Assembly (NCBI GenBank): GCA_963847625.1
Contig: CAWKAR010000028.1
Coordinates: 32,001-96,000, forward strand
DNA from: a candidate division FCPU426 bacterium
GTDB lineage: Bacteria; Oederibacteriota; Muellerivitia; Muellerivitales; Muellerivitaceae
Direction of reading: 5' to 3'
DNA: 64,000 nt
In this document: positions 49,133 through 61,058 of the stretch, piece after piece
Numbering within the stretch: the first letter of the stretch is position 1
How the letters are laid out: each line of letters opens with the position of its first letter
Notes under the pieces: generated by a model
What the model saw: the letters and a program-made list of their open reading frames with translations, nothing else
Databases searched by the model: none
What the model was told of the DNA's origin: nothing
Translations under genes and position numbers: made by a program

Positions 49133-49319
49133 TCATATTTCTCCGTTAAGAATAGTTATGGTTCAAACCCCGGCGATAATGGCGCGTTTTTTATATCATG
49201 CTTGAAGCCGCTTGGGAATGGCCGCGTTTATTTCAAAATCCACTTCCAGCTTATCACCAGCGTCCTAATCCTCCGGGATTAAAAATCAGCGGCGATTTGC
49301 ACGAATAGGACCGGATATT

Positions 49320-51926
49320 TCACCTCAAGATTAGCCATTTTCCTTTGCGTCGGTCCCCCAGGGACGTCGTAACGACCACGTAATAAAGCCCATCGGCCAA
49401 AGATTTTCCCCATTGGTCAATCGGGTCCAGCTTCACGCTTACGCCCGGCGAAACGGCCGGAAACTTTTTATCTAGGACCTTCCTAAAAGACGTGGTAAAG
49501 ACTTCCACTTTCACATCCGCGGTGCTTTTAAAAGGCACGAAAATCCTCAAGGGGCCTTGGTCCTTCAAGGGGTTGGGGTAGATCAAGGGAAGGCCAGGAC
49601 CCGGCACAGGCAGAAAAGTGTTCGTGGGGGTGGGGGTGGCCGTGGGAGTGCAGGTATTTCCAGGATAGCCACAGGGGGTAGGGGTATCAGTCGGGGTGGG
49701 CGTCGGGGAAGGCACCACGCCATAGATGTAGCCCCTTCCGCCCGTGGTTAAATAAACCCGGCTGAAGACGATTTCGTCGCCAGCGATATAGTTGTTCTGG
49801 AGCCATCCGTATTGGTGCTGGTCGTCGTTGATCCGGACCCAGGTGGTACCCACCCCGTCGTCACAGCGGTAAAAACCGTATTGCCCGTTGACCGAGCCAA
49901 TGATGAAAACGGCCGGGTGGGTCTTGCCTGGCGCTGGCATACCGAATCCCACTCCCCAAGCGTTTGAAACGCTGGATATGGTGTTTTGGGCTGTCCCGGC
50001 CCCGGTGAACTGGTAGAGGTTTCCCCCGTTGGCCGCCACCCAAACTTCACCGGGTTCCCCAAAGCAAGCCCGGGGGACCCCGCTTCCGTAAAAGGAATTG
50101 ACTGCGGCAAAATTAGTTGCGCTGTTACTGCTGACGTACAGGGTTCCTCCACTCGTGGCGTAAAAAGTGGAAGGGCTAGAACGGTCCGAGGCAAGCATGG
50201 CATTGCTGGGCAAGCCGCTGGAGGTGGTCCAGCTGGAACCATTGTTGGTTGAAAAATAAACACCGCTGTTGGTGGAGAGGACGATAACACTTCCATCCGC
50301 GGCCACCGCGACCGACTCGGACCGCGAAGCATCCGGGGCTTGGGAGGAAAAGGGCGTCCAGGTCTGCCCATTGTCAGTGGAGTAAGCGCCGTATTGTCCC
50401 GTATTGCCGCTCCCCCTGGTCCCGATACGGGCCACGAGATTGGGGTTGTTCTCGGCAAAATCCAGGCCCACAGTGTTGCTGAAAACGGGATTGGTATACA
50501 TGCCACCCGTAGCGGGCGCCGTGAGGCTGTCATTCCTCATTCCGCCGATGTCCCCCACGGCGCTGAGAAAGGCCCCCTTGACGGAGCCGGGCAGGAAAAG
50601 AGGTACTGTTTCCTCAAGTCCCCGGTCCAGGAAAGACCAGGTCACCGACTGGGGAACATTCGAGGCTTGGATGTCGGTGCTCACGAAAATGCCCTCGCCC
50701 GTGCCGTAAAAAGCCCGGTTGGAGTTGAAGGGGTCCAGGCACACCGCCTCCACCCAGTTGGTAGCATTGGTTCCTACAAAGTTTCCTCCGAAATAAAGCC
50801 ATTGGATCCCGTTCACGAGGTATTGTGAGGGATTGCTGGTGTAGCCGGTGGGGGGTAGGGCGATGACAGTCCAATCGGTCCCTCCATCCGCGGTGGATAA
50901 AATCCTATCCGGAGCGTACCAATCCAATGTGGAAACAATGGCGTGCTGGGGGTTTCGGGCGTCCACGCTGATCCCTCCCGCCATTCCGCCCCAATTGGAG
51001 GAAGGCGTGACGTTGGTCCAGGAACCGGACGGCACATTGTATTTCCATACCTGGCCCTGCAGGGTTACACCTGTCACGTTATAAGGACCATAATCGTTGG
51101 AATAGGCCATCCAAAGGTTCCCGTCGCTTCCCAATGAAGCGTGGTGGGCCATCAGGCCGGAAGGCCCTCCGGGGACTTCCACCCAACTGCCCCCCCCGTC
51201 CGTGGATTCGTACAAGTTACTTCCCGCGCTGGTGCCGGATGCGGCTACAAATAGGGTTGAAGAGGCAGAACCGACAACCCCGCCCTGCCCGTCAATGACC
51301 ACCACCGGCAATCCTAGATAGGTAGTTACGCCATTAATAGTTATAGCGGCTCCTTGAGTGGGAAAGCCTGTCACCACATTCCAACTGGTGCCAGAATCAA
51401 CGCTTTTAAAAAGGCCGTATTCCCGGGAGCCAAAATAAAGAATGTTGTCGAGGTTGGGATCTACCGCCAACCGTTCCCCCATTCCCCGTCCCACATCATT
51501 ACCGCCCATGGGCGCATTAATATTATTCACGGTCCAACTGTTTCCCTGGTCGGCGGATCTGAGAATGACCCCATAGCCCGCGGTTTCATACATTCCACCC
51601 GCGACGTAAACAATATTGGGATCGACCGGATCCGGCGCGATGCTCTCAATGCCCAAGTAATTCCCTTGGCTCATGGAAAACATATCGGTCAAGGGGAGCC
51701 AAGTGGAGGTGGAATCATCCCAGCGGTAGGCCCCGCCCACATCCGTGCGGGCATAAAATAACCCCTGGGAAACCGGACTGGCCACGATACCGTCCACGAA
51801 ACCACTGCCCATGATGGCTACGTTGTTCCAGGAATAGCTTTGGCCTAGGGCATTGGAGCATACCAAGCCCATCGGCAAAAGAAGGAGGACACAGAGCTTA
51901 ATGTTTAGTAATTTGGCAGTTTTCAA
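49320..51926 (-). CDS. GH74 xyloglucanase-type enzyme with short stalk and T9SS-like C-terminal domain
   Basis: W.NVAIMGSGFVDGI, YARTDVGGAYRW, GRGMGERLAVDPN, GLEETVP, SAVGDIGG, INDDQHQYG, TGGRG; IYPNP...FTTSFRKV...LADGLYY...KWLILR. Confidence 0.92.
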   Translation of the reverse strand: MKTAKLLNIKLCVLLLLPMGLVCSNALGQSYSWNNVAIMGSGFVDGIVASPVSQGLFYARTDVGGAYRWDDSTSTWLPLTDMFSMSQGNYLGIESIAPDPVDPNIVYVAGGMYETAGYGVILRSADQGNSWTVNNINAPMGGNDVGRGMGERLAVDPNLDNILYFGSREYGLFKSVDSGTSWNVVTGFPTQGAAITINGVTTYLGLPVVVIDGQGGVVGSASSTLFVAASGTSAGSNLYESTDGGGSWVEVPGGPSGLMAHHASLGSDGNLWMAYSNDYGPYNVTGVTLQGQVWKYNVPSGSWTNVTPSSNWGGMAGGISVDARNPQHAIVSTLDWYAPDRILSTADGGTDWTVIALPPTGYTSNPSQYLVNGIQWLYFGGNFVGTNATNWVEAVCLDPFNSNRAFYGTGEGIFVSTDIQASNVPQSVTWSFLDRGLEETVPLFLPGSVKGAFLSAVGDIGGMRNDSLTAPATGGMYTNPVFSNTVGLDFAENNPNLVARIGTRGSGNTGQYGAYSTDNGQTWTPFSSQAPDASRSESVAVAADGSVIVLSTNSGVYFSTNNGSSWTTSSGLPSNAMLASDRSSPSTFYATSGGTLYVSSNSATNFAAVNSFYGSGVPRACFGEPGEVWVAANGGNLYQFTGAGTAQNTISSVSNAWGVGFGMPAPGKTHPAVFIIGSVNGQYGFYRCDDGVGTTWVRINDDQHQYGWLQNNYIAGDEIVFSRVYLTTGGRGYIYGVVPSPTPTPTDTPTPCGYPGNTCTPTATPTPTNTFLPVPGPGLPLIYPNPLKDQGPLRIFVPFKSTADVKVEVFTTSFRKVLDKKFPAVSPGVSVKLDPIDQWGKSLADGLYYVVVTTSLGDRRKGKWLILR

Positions 51927-52180
51927 TGCAATTAAACCTTTGAGGTACTTTCATCATTAATTAACAGGGATAGTCTTTCATTGGATAAGAATGATTTATA
52001 ACCGCGGGATTATACCCGCGAACCCGATGAAATTCATATTTCGGATGGTGATATACCTCTTTTCAAGAATAAATTATCGACAAAAGTCCTGGATATTCTT
52101 TGAAAGCTCAAGTAAAGCAATAATTCAGTTGGAAACTCCGTTGATAAATTGTCCCGCGATGAAAGTACTGGGAGTAACCG

Positions 52181-52194
52181 TGGAAACGGTTTCA
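52181..52194. promoter_or_regulatory. Candidate LacI-family operator
   Basis: TGGAAACGGTTTCA, a 14-bp CG-centred imperfect palindrome in the divergent GH74/GH12 intergenic region. Confidence 0.5.
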
Positions 52195-52352
52195 TACGGA
52201 CACCACCCCAAGAAGAATTTTTTGAATGGTATAATGATGTAAGAATCGGATGGATTACTTATAATCCGTTTCAATTATTCCCCACCGAGGACTCAGTCCC
52301 GACCGGCCCGACCTGGAATAAAATTGAAAATTTCGGAAAATTTTAGACGCCC

Positions 52353-53900
52353 ATGAAAAAACAACAAAATGATTTACCTGAAAAACAACCTGTAATATCA
52401 AGAAAAGGTTTCATGGGATTTTTTTTAATGATGGGTCTTATTGTGGTTTCTTTTAAACCAATCCAAGCTCAAACTATTAATTATTGTAATACACAAGGTA
52501 GCCAATACTTTTGGTACACCACAAATTCCCCTTCGTATGCAGTGGAATTCAATTATTGGAATGGAAGCTGCCCTGGCACTCAATGCATGAATGTAAACAC
52601 CGCAACCGGGGATTTTTCCGTGACGGAATTTACAGCCAGTTGCGGTAACAATGTTGCCACTTATCCAGCTATCTACTATGGCAATCATTTTACGAACCTT
52701 AGCAACAATGCAAATATACCAATGCTACTTAGCGCTGTTACCTGCGCCACAAGCAGTTGGAATTATACCGTCAACATGGGAAACTATGACGTGGCCTACG
52801 ACATCTGGTTCAGCACTAGCGCCACTAATATAACCACTAGCGGTTATCCCGGCGGGGCCGAGTTGATGATTTGGTTGAATTCCAACAACGCCTATCCCTC
52901 CGGTGGTACTCCGAAGGCCACCGTCACTCTTGACGGGTATACCTTTTATGTTTATGAAACAATCAGTGGATCAGCGCCCAATACTTGGACCTATATCGCC
53001 TATGATCCCATTGGCCCCATCAACGGGGGTGTCACCAACTTGAATCTCTTGGCATTTTTTAACGATGCCGAATCCCGCATAGATAGCACATCAGGCAAGC
53101 CATACATCAGTACATCCTGGTACCTCGCTGATATCGAGGCAGGGATTGAAATCCACTCGGGCGGATCTACCTTCAATTACACCAGTTCCGGTTTTTCGGC
53201 TTATGTCAACAGCGGCTGCGGCACCGGGCCTACCTACACCTTTACTCACACTGGGACGATGACCAATTCCCCGACACGCACACCTTCACCAACCATAACC
53301 CGCACCTCGACCCCGACCCCAACACGCACTTTCACAGGAACATCCACCCCCACCCCAACAACCACAGTCACTCCAACTGTCACCAATAGTCCCACACCAT
53401 GGCCGACCAATGTTCCCACCTTCACTCCCACGAACACTGCAACAGATACCCTAACCATGACACCCACTGCTACACCAACCATTACCAATAGTCCCACACC
53501 ATGGCCCACCGGTATACCTACATTCACTCCCACGGACAGCCCAACCATGACACCCACTGGAACGAACACTCCAATTCCCCTCCCAACCTCCACATCCACC
53601 AACAACGGTCCAGCCCCTCCTTGCGTCAACCTATTCCCCAACCCCTTGAAAGGGGATGGATATACAAATATTAGTATTTGCCCATCGGGTCACCCGTACG
53701 TCGGAAGAGTTACAGTTTCTGTATTTACAGTCGCCTTCAGAAGAGTGGCAGGATGGGATATCCCTGCATGGACACCGGGAAATGATATCCAGCTTCCTTC
53801 CTTGGACCTGGGGGGAGTTCCCCTCGCCAATGGACTTTACTATGTCGTAGTAGATATGTCCGGCAACAAAACTGTCCTGAAGTGGCTCATTTTCCGTTGA
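52353..53900 (+). CDS. GH12 endoglucanase with Thr/Pro stalk and T9SS-like C-terminal domain
   Basis: [38 protein letters not shown]; ~125-aa stalk; LFPNP...FTVAFRRV...LANGLYY...KWLIFR. Confidence 0.9.
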   Translation: MKKQQNDLPEKQPVISRKGFMGFFLMMGLIVVSFKPIQAQTINYCNTQGSQYFWYTTNSPSYAVEFNYWNGSCPGTQCMNVNTATGDFSVTEFTASCGNNVATYPAIYYGNHFTNLSNNANIPMLLSAVTCATSSWNYTVNMGNYDVAYDIWFSTSATNITTSGYPGGAELMIWLNSNNAYPSGGTPKATVTLDGYTFYVYETISGSAPNTWTYIAYDPIGPINGGVTNLNLLAFFNDAESRIDSTSGKPYISTSWYLADIEAGIEIHSGGSTFNYTSSGFSAYVNSGCGTGPTYTFTHTGTMTNSPTRTPSPTITRTSTPTPTRTFTGTSTPTPTTTVTPTVTNSPTPWPTNVPTFTPTNTATDTLTMTPTATPTITNSPTPWPTGIPTFTPTDSPTMTPTGTNTPIPLPTSTSTNNGPAPPCVNLFPNPLKGDGYTNISICPSGHPYVGRVTVSVFTVAFRRVAGWDIPAWTPGNDIQLPSLDLGGVPLANGLYYVVVDMSGNKTVLKWLIFR

Positions 53901-53987
53901 TACCCGAATGAATTCAGGCAAAAAAGTGTTTGGACAAGCAAAGAGCCTTTGGATGATCCGGTTATAAAACGGTAAACTATATGCCTC

Positions 53988-56042
53988 ATGAACCAAATAA
54001 CTCCCGATCCCGCCAGTAACATTCCCACCGCACCAGCTTTGGAACCAGAGGCGGTGAAAAGTCCTGTCCCTTGGATTTACGCCCTGATACCGGTCCTCGC
54101 CACGGTTTTGTTTTATCTCCCCGTCATCAACAACGGCCTTGTGAATTGGGACGACTCGGAATCCATCCTCAGCAATACCCATATCCGGGCCCTCAGTCTT
54201 CAAAACCTCAAATGGATGTTGACGACCTACTACACAGGCAATTGGCTGCCCCTGATTTGGTTGTCTTTCGCCTTCGATTTTAGGATGGGCGGGCTCAATC
54301 CGAAAGTCTTCCATCTCACGAATCTCGCTTTTCACGCTTGCAATACCTTTTTGGTTTTCTTGGTTTGTCATAGGTTCCTGAAGATGATCGGGGGGAAATC
54401 CGAAGAGAGGGAAAACACGGGGCCGGGATCATTTGAAACCCATGTTTCCTTGTTGACCGCCCTGCTGTTCGGCCTTCACCCCTTGCACGTGGAATCCGTC
54501 GCCTGGGCCACGGAAAGAAAGGACGTGCTTTACTCCGTCTTCTACCTCCTGGGGATTTACCTTTATCTGGATTACGCCCCAGCCCCAACCCGGAAGCGCC
54601 CCCTTTTATGGGCCTGCCTGGGCTTATACGTTTTATCCCTCATGGCCAAACCCATGGCCGTGACCCTTCCGCTGGTTTTTCTGGTCCTGGACGGCTGGCC
54701 CCTGGGCCGGTTTCAAACCGAACGGTACAAGGTGTTGATCGAGAAAATACCTTTTTTCATCCTTTCCATGCCAGCCGGCCTGGTGACGTTGATTTCCCAC
54801 GCAAAAGGCCGGGCACCGGAATATATACCCGAGCATTTTTGGCTGATGAACTGCTGCCGTTCAATCATTTTTTACCTTAGTAAAATGATCGCGCCGCTGA
54901 ACCTGGTGCCTTTTTATCCTTTCCCGAAAAATATAGACGCTTTTTATTTCGTGGAGGACTCCCTGGCAATCCTGGCGGTAGCGTTGATTACTTTCGCCTG
55001 CTATCGCTACCTAAAAAAATTCCCCTATTTCGCGGCGGCTTGGGCGTACTACCTGGTGACCCTTTTCCCGGTTTTGGGTTTGGTCCAAGTTGGCAGCCAG
55101 ACCGCCGCCGACCGTTATACCTATCTTCCCTGTTTGAGTCTTTTTCTCCTTTTTTCCGCGGGAATGCGGAAGTGGTTTTCAACCCGGCGCTTTTATTTCA
55201 TGTCCTGCGTGGTAGTTTTGGCCTGTTTGCTTGGCCTTGGGACGATCAACCAAATCGGCGTATGGAAGGATTCACTCGCCTTGTGGAAAAGCGTGGTTCG
55301 TGTTTATCCGGATGACTCCGGGCTGGCCCGAACGAATTTGGGCCTCATCGATGTCAAAAGCGGAAGGATGGATGATGCCTTGGTGGAATTTAACCGGGCC
55401 GCGGCCATTCCGCCGCCCTTGGCCCTGACGCACAATGGGATTGGGACAGTTCTTTTTTACAAGGGTCGGACGGACGAGGCGATACGGGAATTCAAATACG
55501 CTCTGACCCTGGATCCCGAATATGTTCCCTCCTACCGCAACCTCTGGTATGTCTTCCAGAATAAGGGCCTGTACGCGGAGGCCTTGAAGGAAATCCAGGC
55601 GGTGGTCAAGTTCGACCCGGACTCGCCGGAAAACTATAACAGTTTGGGAGCGACCTACTGGTCTTTGAAAAAGTGGGAGGAAGCCAAAACCGCCTTCAAA
55701 ACGTCTTTCACTATGGAGCCCCATAATACGGATTACTTGGGCAATCTCGCGACCGTATGCGACCAGGAAGGGAGACCGGAAGAGGCGATCGAATGGTTTC
55801 AAAAGGGCGTATCGCTCAATCCCGGAGAACCAGTTTATTACATGAAGTTGGGAGAGATTTACATGGAAAAGGGGGTGAAATCCAAAGCCCTGGAATTGCT
55901 GAAAACCGCGTCGAATTTAAATCCTGTCAAACCCAAAATAATCGAAGAGTTGGCCGAAGATTTTCAAAAAGTGGGCGAACCCAAGTTAGCCAAACAATTT
56001 TTCAGCAAAGCCAAGGCTCTTAGCGGCGTCACAAAGAAATAG
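53988..56042 (+). CDS. TMTC-like multi-TM GT-C glycosyltransferase with C-terminal TPRs
   Basis: NWDD after TM1; HPLHVESVAWATERKDVL, LMAKPMAVTLP, ADRYTYLP, W.DSLALW; ~11 hydrophobic segments, then ~7 TPRs. Confidence 0.85.
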   Translation: MNQITPDPASNIPTAPALEPEAVKSPVPWIYALIPVLATVLFYLPVINNGLVNWDDSESILSNTHIRALSLQNLKWMLTTYYTGNWLPLIWLSFAFDFRMGGLNPKVFHLTNLAFHACNTFLVFLVCHRFLKMIGGKSEERENTGPGSFETHVSLLTALLFGLHPLHVESVAWATERKDVLYSVFYLLGIYLYLDYAPAPTRKRPLLWACLGLYVLSLMAKPMAVTLPLVFLVLDGWPLGRFQTERYKVLIEKIPFFILSMPAGLVTLISHAKGRAPEYIPEHFWLMNCCRSIIFYLSKMIAPLNLVPFYPFPKNIDAFYFVEDSLAILAVALITFACYRYLKKFPYFAAAWAYYLVTLFPVLGLVQVGSQTAADRYTYLPCLSLFLLFSAGMRKWFSTRRFYFMSCVVVLACLLGLGTINQIGVWKDSLALWKSVVRVYPDDSGLARTNLGLIDVKSGRMDDALVEFNRAAAIPPPLALTHNGIGTVLFYKGRTDEAIREFKYALTLDPEYVPSYRNLWYVFQNKGLYAEALKEIQAVVKFDPDSPENYNSLGATYWSLKKWEEAKTAFKTSFTMEPHNTDYLGNLATVCDQEGRPEEAIEWFQKGVSLNPGEPVYYMKLGEIYMEKGVKSKALELLKTASNLNPVKPKIIEELAEDFQKVGEPKLAKQFFSKAKALSGVTKK

Positions 56043-56141
56043 TCTGGCTCTCGCCTTATGGTTTCCCTTTAAATGGTTTAATGTGAAATACGGCGTGTCG
56101 CTTTGGATTTATCGCTTTAATTAAATACAAAATTCATCGCA

Positions 56142-56155
56142 TGAGAGCGGTTTCA
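56142..56155. promoter_or_regulatory. Candidate LacI-family operator
   Basis: TGAGAGCGGTTTCA upstream of the second GH12; shares TG....CGGTTTCA with the 52181 site. Confidence 0.45.
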
Positions 56156-56341
56156 AGTTGTCACGCTGGATTTTAATTTCCTTTTATATCAGGGCAGAAT
56201 AAATGTAAGTTTGATTTGATGGTATAATTCTATTAAAGATCCATCAGATTAGCCTTGAAAATCGGGTGATGATTCGCTATCGGCTATGAAATAGGCGGAT
56301 TTAAATCGTTTTTCCAAAATTATTAAAAAAGTGAATAATCT

Positions 56342-59300
56342 TTGAGACATTCTTTCCTCCAATCGTTTACCTTCAAATTTCTCCTCATTTCCGCTTTATT
56401 GGCGGGCTTCCTTCATGTTTCAATCCAGCCGGCGGAAGGCCAAGCCGCAGCCAGTTGCTCCCAGTACGCAAGTTGGACCTGCGGGTCCTACATCATGCAA
56501 ACCGATTTTTGGAACTTGACTACTTGCGGTGGCACCCAGTGCGTTACTCTGGATACCTCAACGGGAAACTTCGGAGTCACGGAAGGCCCCGTTACATGCG
56601 ACCCCAACGTGGCTTCCTGGCCTGACATTTACTATGGAAGTCATTATGGAACCGCCAGTCCCGGCACCAACCTGCCCATGTTGGTCAGCGCAGTTACCTG
56701 TGTAACCACAAGCTTTAGTTATACACCCACCTACACCGGAAGCTGGGACGCTGGCTACGATATTTGGTTCAGCACCACTACCAACACGACTAACGGATAC
56801 GCCGGCGGTGCCGAGATAATGCTTTGGTTGGGTTATATGGGGGATACGCCTCTACCCGCGAATTCCGTGACGGTGGTTACAGGATTATCCCTCGCCGGTT
56901 ATTACTGGAATCTTTATGAAACCCCATCCGCGACTCTCGGTTGGACTTATATGTCCTACCAAGCGGCCACTTCCTCGGGGGCCCCTGCCACCATCACTTC
57001 CATCACTAATTTGGACCTTCTCGCGTTCATCAATGATTCCGTCTCCCGCGGCTATGTCAAAACCACCTGGTATCTGGCCGCGATCGAGGCGGGAATCGAA
57101 TTGAGGAGCCTAGGGATTCCATTCACCGCCAGCGGTTTTAATGCCCATGTCAACAGCGGCTGCGGCAGTGGTCCCACGCCGACCTTCACGGGTTCCATTA
57201 CCCGCACGCCAACGAATACGTCAACCATGACACGCACCAATACGGCAACACCAACCCCCACCTCAACCGTAACAAGGACGAATACGCCGACCAATACCTT
57301 TACGACTACCCCTTCGCAAACGGCAACTCCTACGTCAACGGCAACCAGGACAAACACGCCGATCAATACAGCCACGAACACCTCGACTTTGACAACGACG
57401 CCTACGTCAACTGCAACAAGGACGAACTCGCCCACCAATACCGCCACGACTACGGCAACCAGGACAAATTCGCCGACCAATACGGTCACGGCTACGGGGA
57501 CCCCGACCTCAACAGCAACCAGGACGAATTCACCTACTAATACAGTCACCCCTACGTCAACGAACACGTCCGTGAACACGCCAACGAATACCTCTACGTC
57601 CACATCCACCCCGACCAGGACAAACACACCAACCAGCACACTTACAAATACATTGACGAATACGCCCACGAATTCGACGACCTCCACATCAACCCCAACC
57701 AGGACTAACACACTGACCAGTACACCTACAAATACATCGACGAATACACTCACGAATACGGCAACTTCCACACTAACCCCGACCCGGACGAATTCGCCGA
57801 CTGTTACGATTACAAGTACGTCGACGAATACGTCTGTGTACACACCAACGAACACCTCTACGCCCACGAATACGGCGACCTCCACATCCACCCCGACCAG
57901 GACGAATTCGCCGACGAATACACCCACGAACACGGCAACTTCCACATCCACCCCGACCCGAACGAATTCTCCGACTGTTACGATTACAAGTACGTCGACG
58001 AATACGTCTGTGTACACACCAACGAACACCTCTACGCCCACGAATACGGCGACCTCCACATCCACCTCGACCAGAACGAATTCGCCGACTGTTACGATTA
58101 CAAGTACGTCGACGAATACGTCTGTGTACACACCAACGAACACCTCTACGCCCACGAATACGGCGACCTCCACATCCACCCCGACCAGGACGAATTCACC
58201 GACGAATACACCTACGAACACGGCAACTTCCACATCCACCCCGACCAGGACGAACACGCCGACCGTTACGATCACAAGCACGTCGACGAATACGTCCGTG
58301 TACACGTCCACGAACACCAATACGCCCACGAACACAGCGACCCCCACGTCAACCCCGACCAGGACAAACACGCCGACCGTTACGATCACAAGTACGTCGA
58401 CGAATACGTCCGTGTACACGTCCACGAACACCAATACACCCACGAACACGGCAACCCTCACGTCAACCCCGACCAGGACGAACACGCCGACTGTTACGAT
58501 CACGAGTACGTCGACGAATACGTCCGTGTACACGTCCACGAACACCAATACGCCTACGAACACGGCAACCCTCACGTCAACCCCGACCAGGACGAACACG
58601 CCGACCAGCACGCCCACGAATACGACGACCTCAACGAACACTCTGACCCGGACATCCACACCAACGCTGACGAATACACCTACGCCGACGATAACGTCCA
58701 CGGCGACCAATACCAGTACAGGGACTCAGTCGCCCACGTCCACGGCGACTAATACGCCTACTGTCACCAATACGCCTACAAATACTAATACTCTAACCCC
58801 GACGAACACACCGACGCGGACCTCCACGCCCACAGCCACACCCACGCCAACGAGTACACCCACGAATACTCCTACGAACACCTCGACGCGGACATTCACG
58901 TCCACGGCCACAAATACGCCGACGAATACCCCCATTAACACACCAACTTTCACGCCAACACCCACCCCGACTACCACACCTACTCCCACTTCGACGAACA
59001 CACCCACGAGGACGCCTACGTCCACTCCGACCCCCACACCGACGCCAACCAATACGCCCACCAACACGCTTACTCCCACCCCCAGCCCGACTGGGACGAC
59101 ATCGCCCACTGCCACCCCGACCAACACTCCCACGCGCACAAACACACCAACTTCGACTTCCACGCCCACGATCACATTTACGCCAACCCCAACCAATACC
59201 CCAACCAACACACCGACTTCCACACCAACCCCCACGACCTGCGTCACCCCGACGCCGACACCTACGAACACCCCCACGAACACGCCGACAAGGACCTCCA

Positions 59301-61024
59301 CAGTCACACCCACGCCAACAAGTACACCCACGAACACGCCAACGAATACTTTAACCAGCACCAGGACGAATACGCCCACAGACACACCGACAATGACGAT
59401 CACCAATACGCCGACGGTAACGTTCACGGTAACCAATACCAGCACAGGGACTCAGTCGCCCACGCCCACGGCGACCAATACACCCACGGTCACCAATACG
59501 CCGACCCATACCGCGACACCCACACTGACGAACACATCGACTTCTACGCTAACCCCGACGATGACGCCCACATCGACTCGGACACCGACATCCACGTCCA
59601 CAAACACACCGACCAACACGCCAACGAATACGCCAACGTCGACCGGAACAAGCACAGCAACGAGGACGCCGACTTCCACATCGACTCCGACGATAACGCC
59701 GACGCCGACCCCGACGGTGACAATTACGCCGACGAACACACTGACACGGACATCCACGTCCACAGCCACAAACACGCCGACGAATACACCCACCAACACA
59801 CCCACACTAACGAATACTTTAACCAGTACCAGGACAAGTACGCCGACCAATACACCTACGCCGACGATAACATCCACGGTCACCAATACCAGCACAGGGA
59901 CTCAGTCGCCCACGCCCACGGCGACCAATACACTCACGGTCACCAATACGCCGACCTGTACAGCGACACCCACGACGACTAATACGCCCACAGTCACCAA
60001 TACGCCGACCCGAACACTTACCAACACACCCACGAACACACCCACGCCCACAGACACCAATACTCCGACCCCGACTTACACCTCCACGCCGACGCCCACC
60101 CCAACGCCGACCAACACACTTATTTCCACCCCGACGCCCACGAGCACATCCACGAATGTTCCCACGAACACGTCTACTGCGACATCAACCCCCACCAACA
60201 CCCCGACTGTCACGTTAACCCCGACTCCAACACCTATGACCTTGCAAGTTTCACAGGGTGCTTCACCCCCTTCAAATTCGATCCAAGCACCCGGCGCATC
60301 CGGTGTGACGGTGCAACAGATCCAAGTGACGAACCCAAGCAACAACCCGGTGACACTCACCAGCCTCGTTTTGTCGGATACGGGGAATGCTTCCACGGAC
60401 GTCACGTCGGTAACGCTGTGGGAGAATGGTGTGTCGATTACCAGCGCGACGTTTAGCGGGACAACAGCGACGCTCAACTTGAACAATATCGTTGTACCGG
60501 GAAATGGGAGCGTGACATTTGAGATTACGGCCGCGATTTCATCCGCGGCCATTGGGACAGACACGGACTCATTCAGCGTAACGGGCATATCGGGAAACAA
60601 CGGGCAGTCCACCCATGCCAACGGATTACCAGTCCAAGGGGCGATCATTACGATCATGGCTCCAACTGACACCGCGACTCCGACCAGCACGCCGACGGCC
60701 ACCTCGACTAATGTTTCTTCCCGAACTTCGACACCCACGCCCACGGCTCCGGCCACCCTGGTGGTCTATCCCAATCCCCATTCAGGGCCCGGGTCCATCT
60801 TGGTCCTACCGCCCTACCGGGGCTCCTCCAACGTCAGGGTCGAGATTTTCACGACCGCTTTCCGAAAGGTCCAGGACAAGCAATACAATGACATTCCATC
60901 GGGACAACCTGTTTCACTGGATCCCACGGACAGGTGGGGCAAACCCTTGGCCAACGGCATTTACTATGTCTACGTGCAAACCGGCCAGGCCCACTGGATC
61001 GCCAAACTTCTCATCATGAACTGA
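56342..61024 (+). CDS. GH12 endoglucanase with ~1020-aa Thr/Pro/Asn/Ser stalk, Ig-like domain and T9SS-like C-terminal domain
   Basis: [38 protein letters not shown]; stalk ~57172-60240; beta-rich ~140-aa domain; VYPNP...FTTAFRKV...LANGIYY...KLLIMN. Confidence 0.9.
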   Translation: MRHSFLQSFTFKFLLISALLAGFLHVSIQPAEGQAAASCSQYASWTCGSYIMQTDFWNLTTCGGTQCVTLDTSTGNFGVTEGPVTCDPNVASWPDIYYGSHYGTASPGTNLPMLVSAVTCVTTSFSYTPTYTGSWDAGYDIWFSTTTNTTNGYAGGAEIMLWLGYMGDTPLPANSVTVVTGLSLAGYYWNLYETPSATLGWTYMSYQAATSSGAPATITSITNLDLLAFINDSVSRGYVKTTWYLAAIEAGIELRSLGIPFTASGFNAHVNSGCGSGPTPTFTGSITRTPTNTSTMTRTNTATPTPTSTVTRTNTPTNTFTTTPSQTATPTSTATRTNTPINTATNTSTLTTTPTSTATRTNSPTNTATTTATRTNSPTNTVTATGTPTSTATRTNSPTNTVTPTSTNTSVNTPTNTSTSTSTPTRTNTPTSTLTNTLTNTPTNSTTSTSTPTRTNTLTSTPTNTSTNTLTNTATSTLTPTRTNSPTVTITSTSTNTSVYTPTNTSTPTNTATSTSTPTRTNSPTNTPTNTATSTSTPTRTNSPTVTITSTSTNTSVYTPTNTSTPTNTATSTSTSTRTNSPTVTITSTSTNTSVYTPTNTSTPTNTATSTSTPTRTNSPTNTPTNTATSTSTPTRTNTPTVTITSTSTNTSVYTSTNTNTPTNTATPTSTPTRTNTPTVTITSTSTNTSVYTSTNTNTPTNTATLTSTPTRTNTPTVTITSTSTNTSVYTSTNTNTPTNTATLTSTPTRTNTPTSTPTNTTTSTNTLTRTSTPTLTNTPTPTITSTATNTSTGTQSPTSTATNTPTVTNTPTNTNTLTPTNTPTRTSTPTATPTPTSTPTNTPTNTSTRTFTSTATNTPTNTPINTPTFTPTPTPTTTPTPTSTNTPTRTPTSTPTPTPTPTNTPTNTLTPTPSPTGTTSPTATPTNTPTRTNTPTSTSTPTITFTPTPTNTPTNTPTSTPTPTTCVTPTPTPTNTPTNTPTRTSTVTPTPTSTPTNTPTNTLTSTRTNTPTDTPTMTITNTPTVTFTVTNTSTGTQSPTPTATNTPTVTNTPTHTATPTLTNTSTSTLTPTMTPTSTRTPTSTSTNTPTNTPTNTPTSTGTSTATRTPTSTSTPTITPTPTPTVTITPTNTLTRTSTSTATNTPTNTPTNTPTLTNTLTSTRTSTPTNTPTPTITSTVTNTSTGTQSPTPTATNTLTVTNTPTCTATPTTTNTPTVTNTPTRTLTNTPTNTPTPTDTNTPTPTYTSTPTPTPTPTNTLISTPTPTSTSTNVPTNTSTATSTPTNTPTVTLTPTPTPMTLQVSQGASPPSNSIQAPGASGVTVQQIQVTNPSNNPVTLTSLVLSDTGNASTDVTSVTLWENGVSITSATFSGTTATLNLNNIVVPGNGSVTFEITAAISSAAIGTDTDSFSVTGISGNNGQSTHANGLPVQGAIITIMAPTDTATPTSTPTATSTNVSSRTSTPTPTAPATLVVYPNPHSGPGSILVLPPYRGSSNVRVEIFTTAFRKVQDKQYNDIPSGQPVSLDPTDRWGKPLANGIYYVYVQTGQAHWIAKLLIMN
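57801..58604 (+). repeat. 6 x 114-bp (38-aa) intragenic repeat with two 60-bp inserts
   Basis: Units start at 57801, 57975, 58089, 58263, 58377, 58491 (spacing 174,114,174,114,114), encoding [34 protein letters not shown]. Confidence 0.9.
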
Positions 61025-61058
61025 CCAATATCCCCTGAACAACTAAAAGCCTATTCCA

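Noticed and set aside
57052..60756. Long Val/Gly-rich minus-strand ORFs (also 19295-20035, 39882-40151, 53246-53641, and 11751-11987 on +)
   Set aside because: Antisense shadows of Thr/Pro codons (ACN/CCN).
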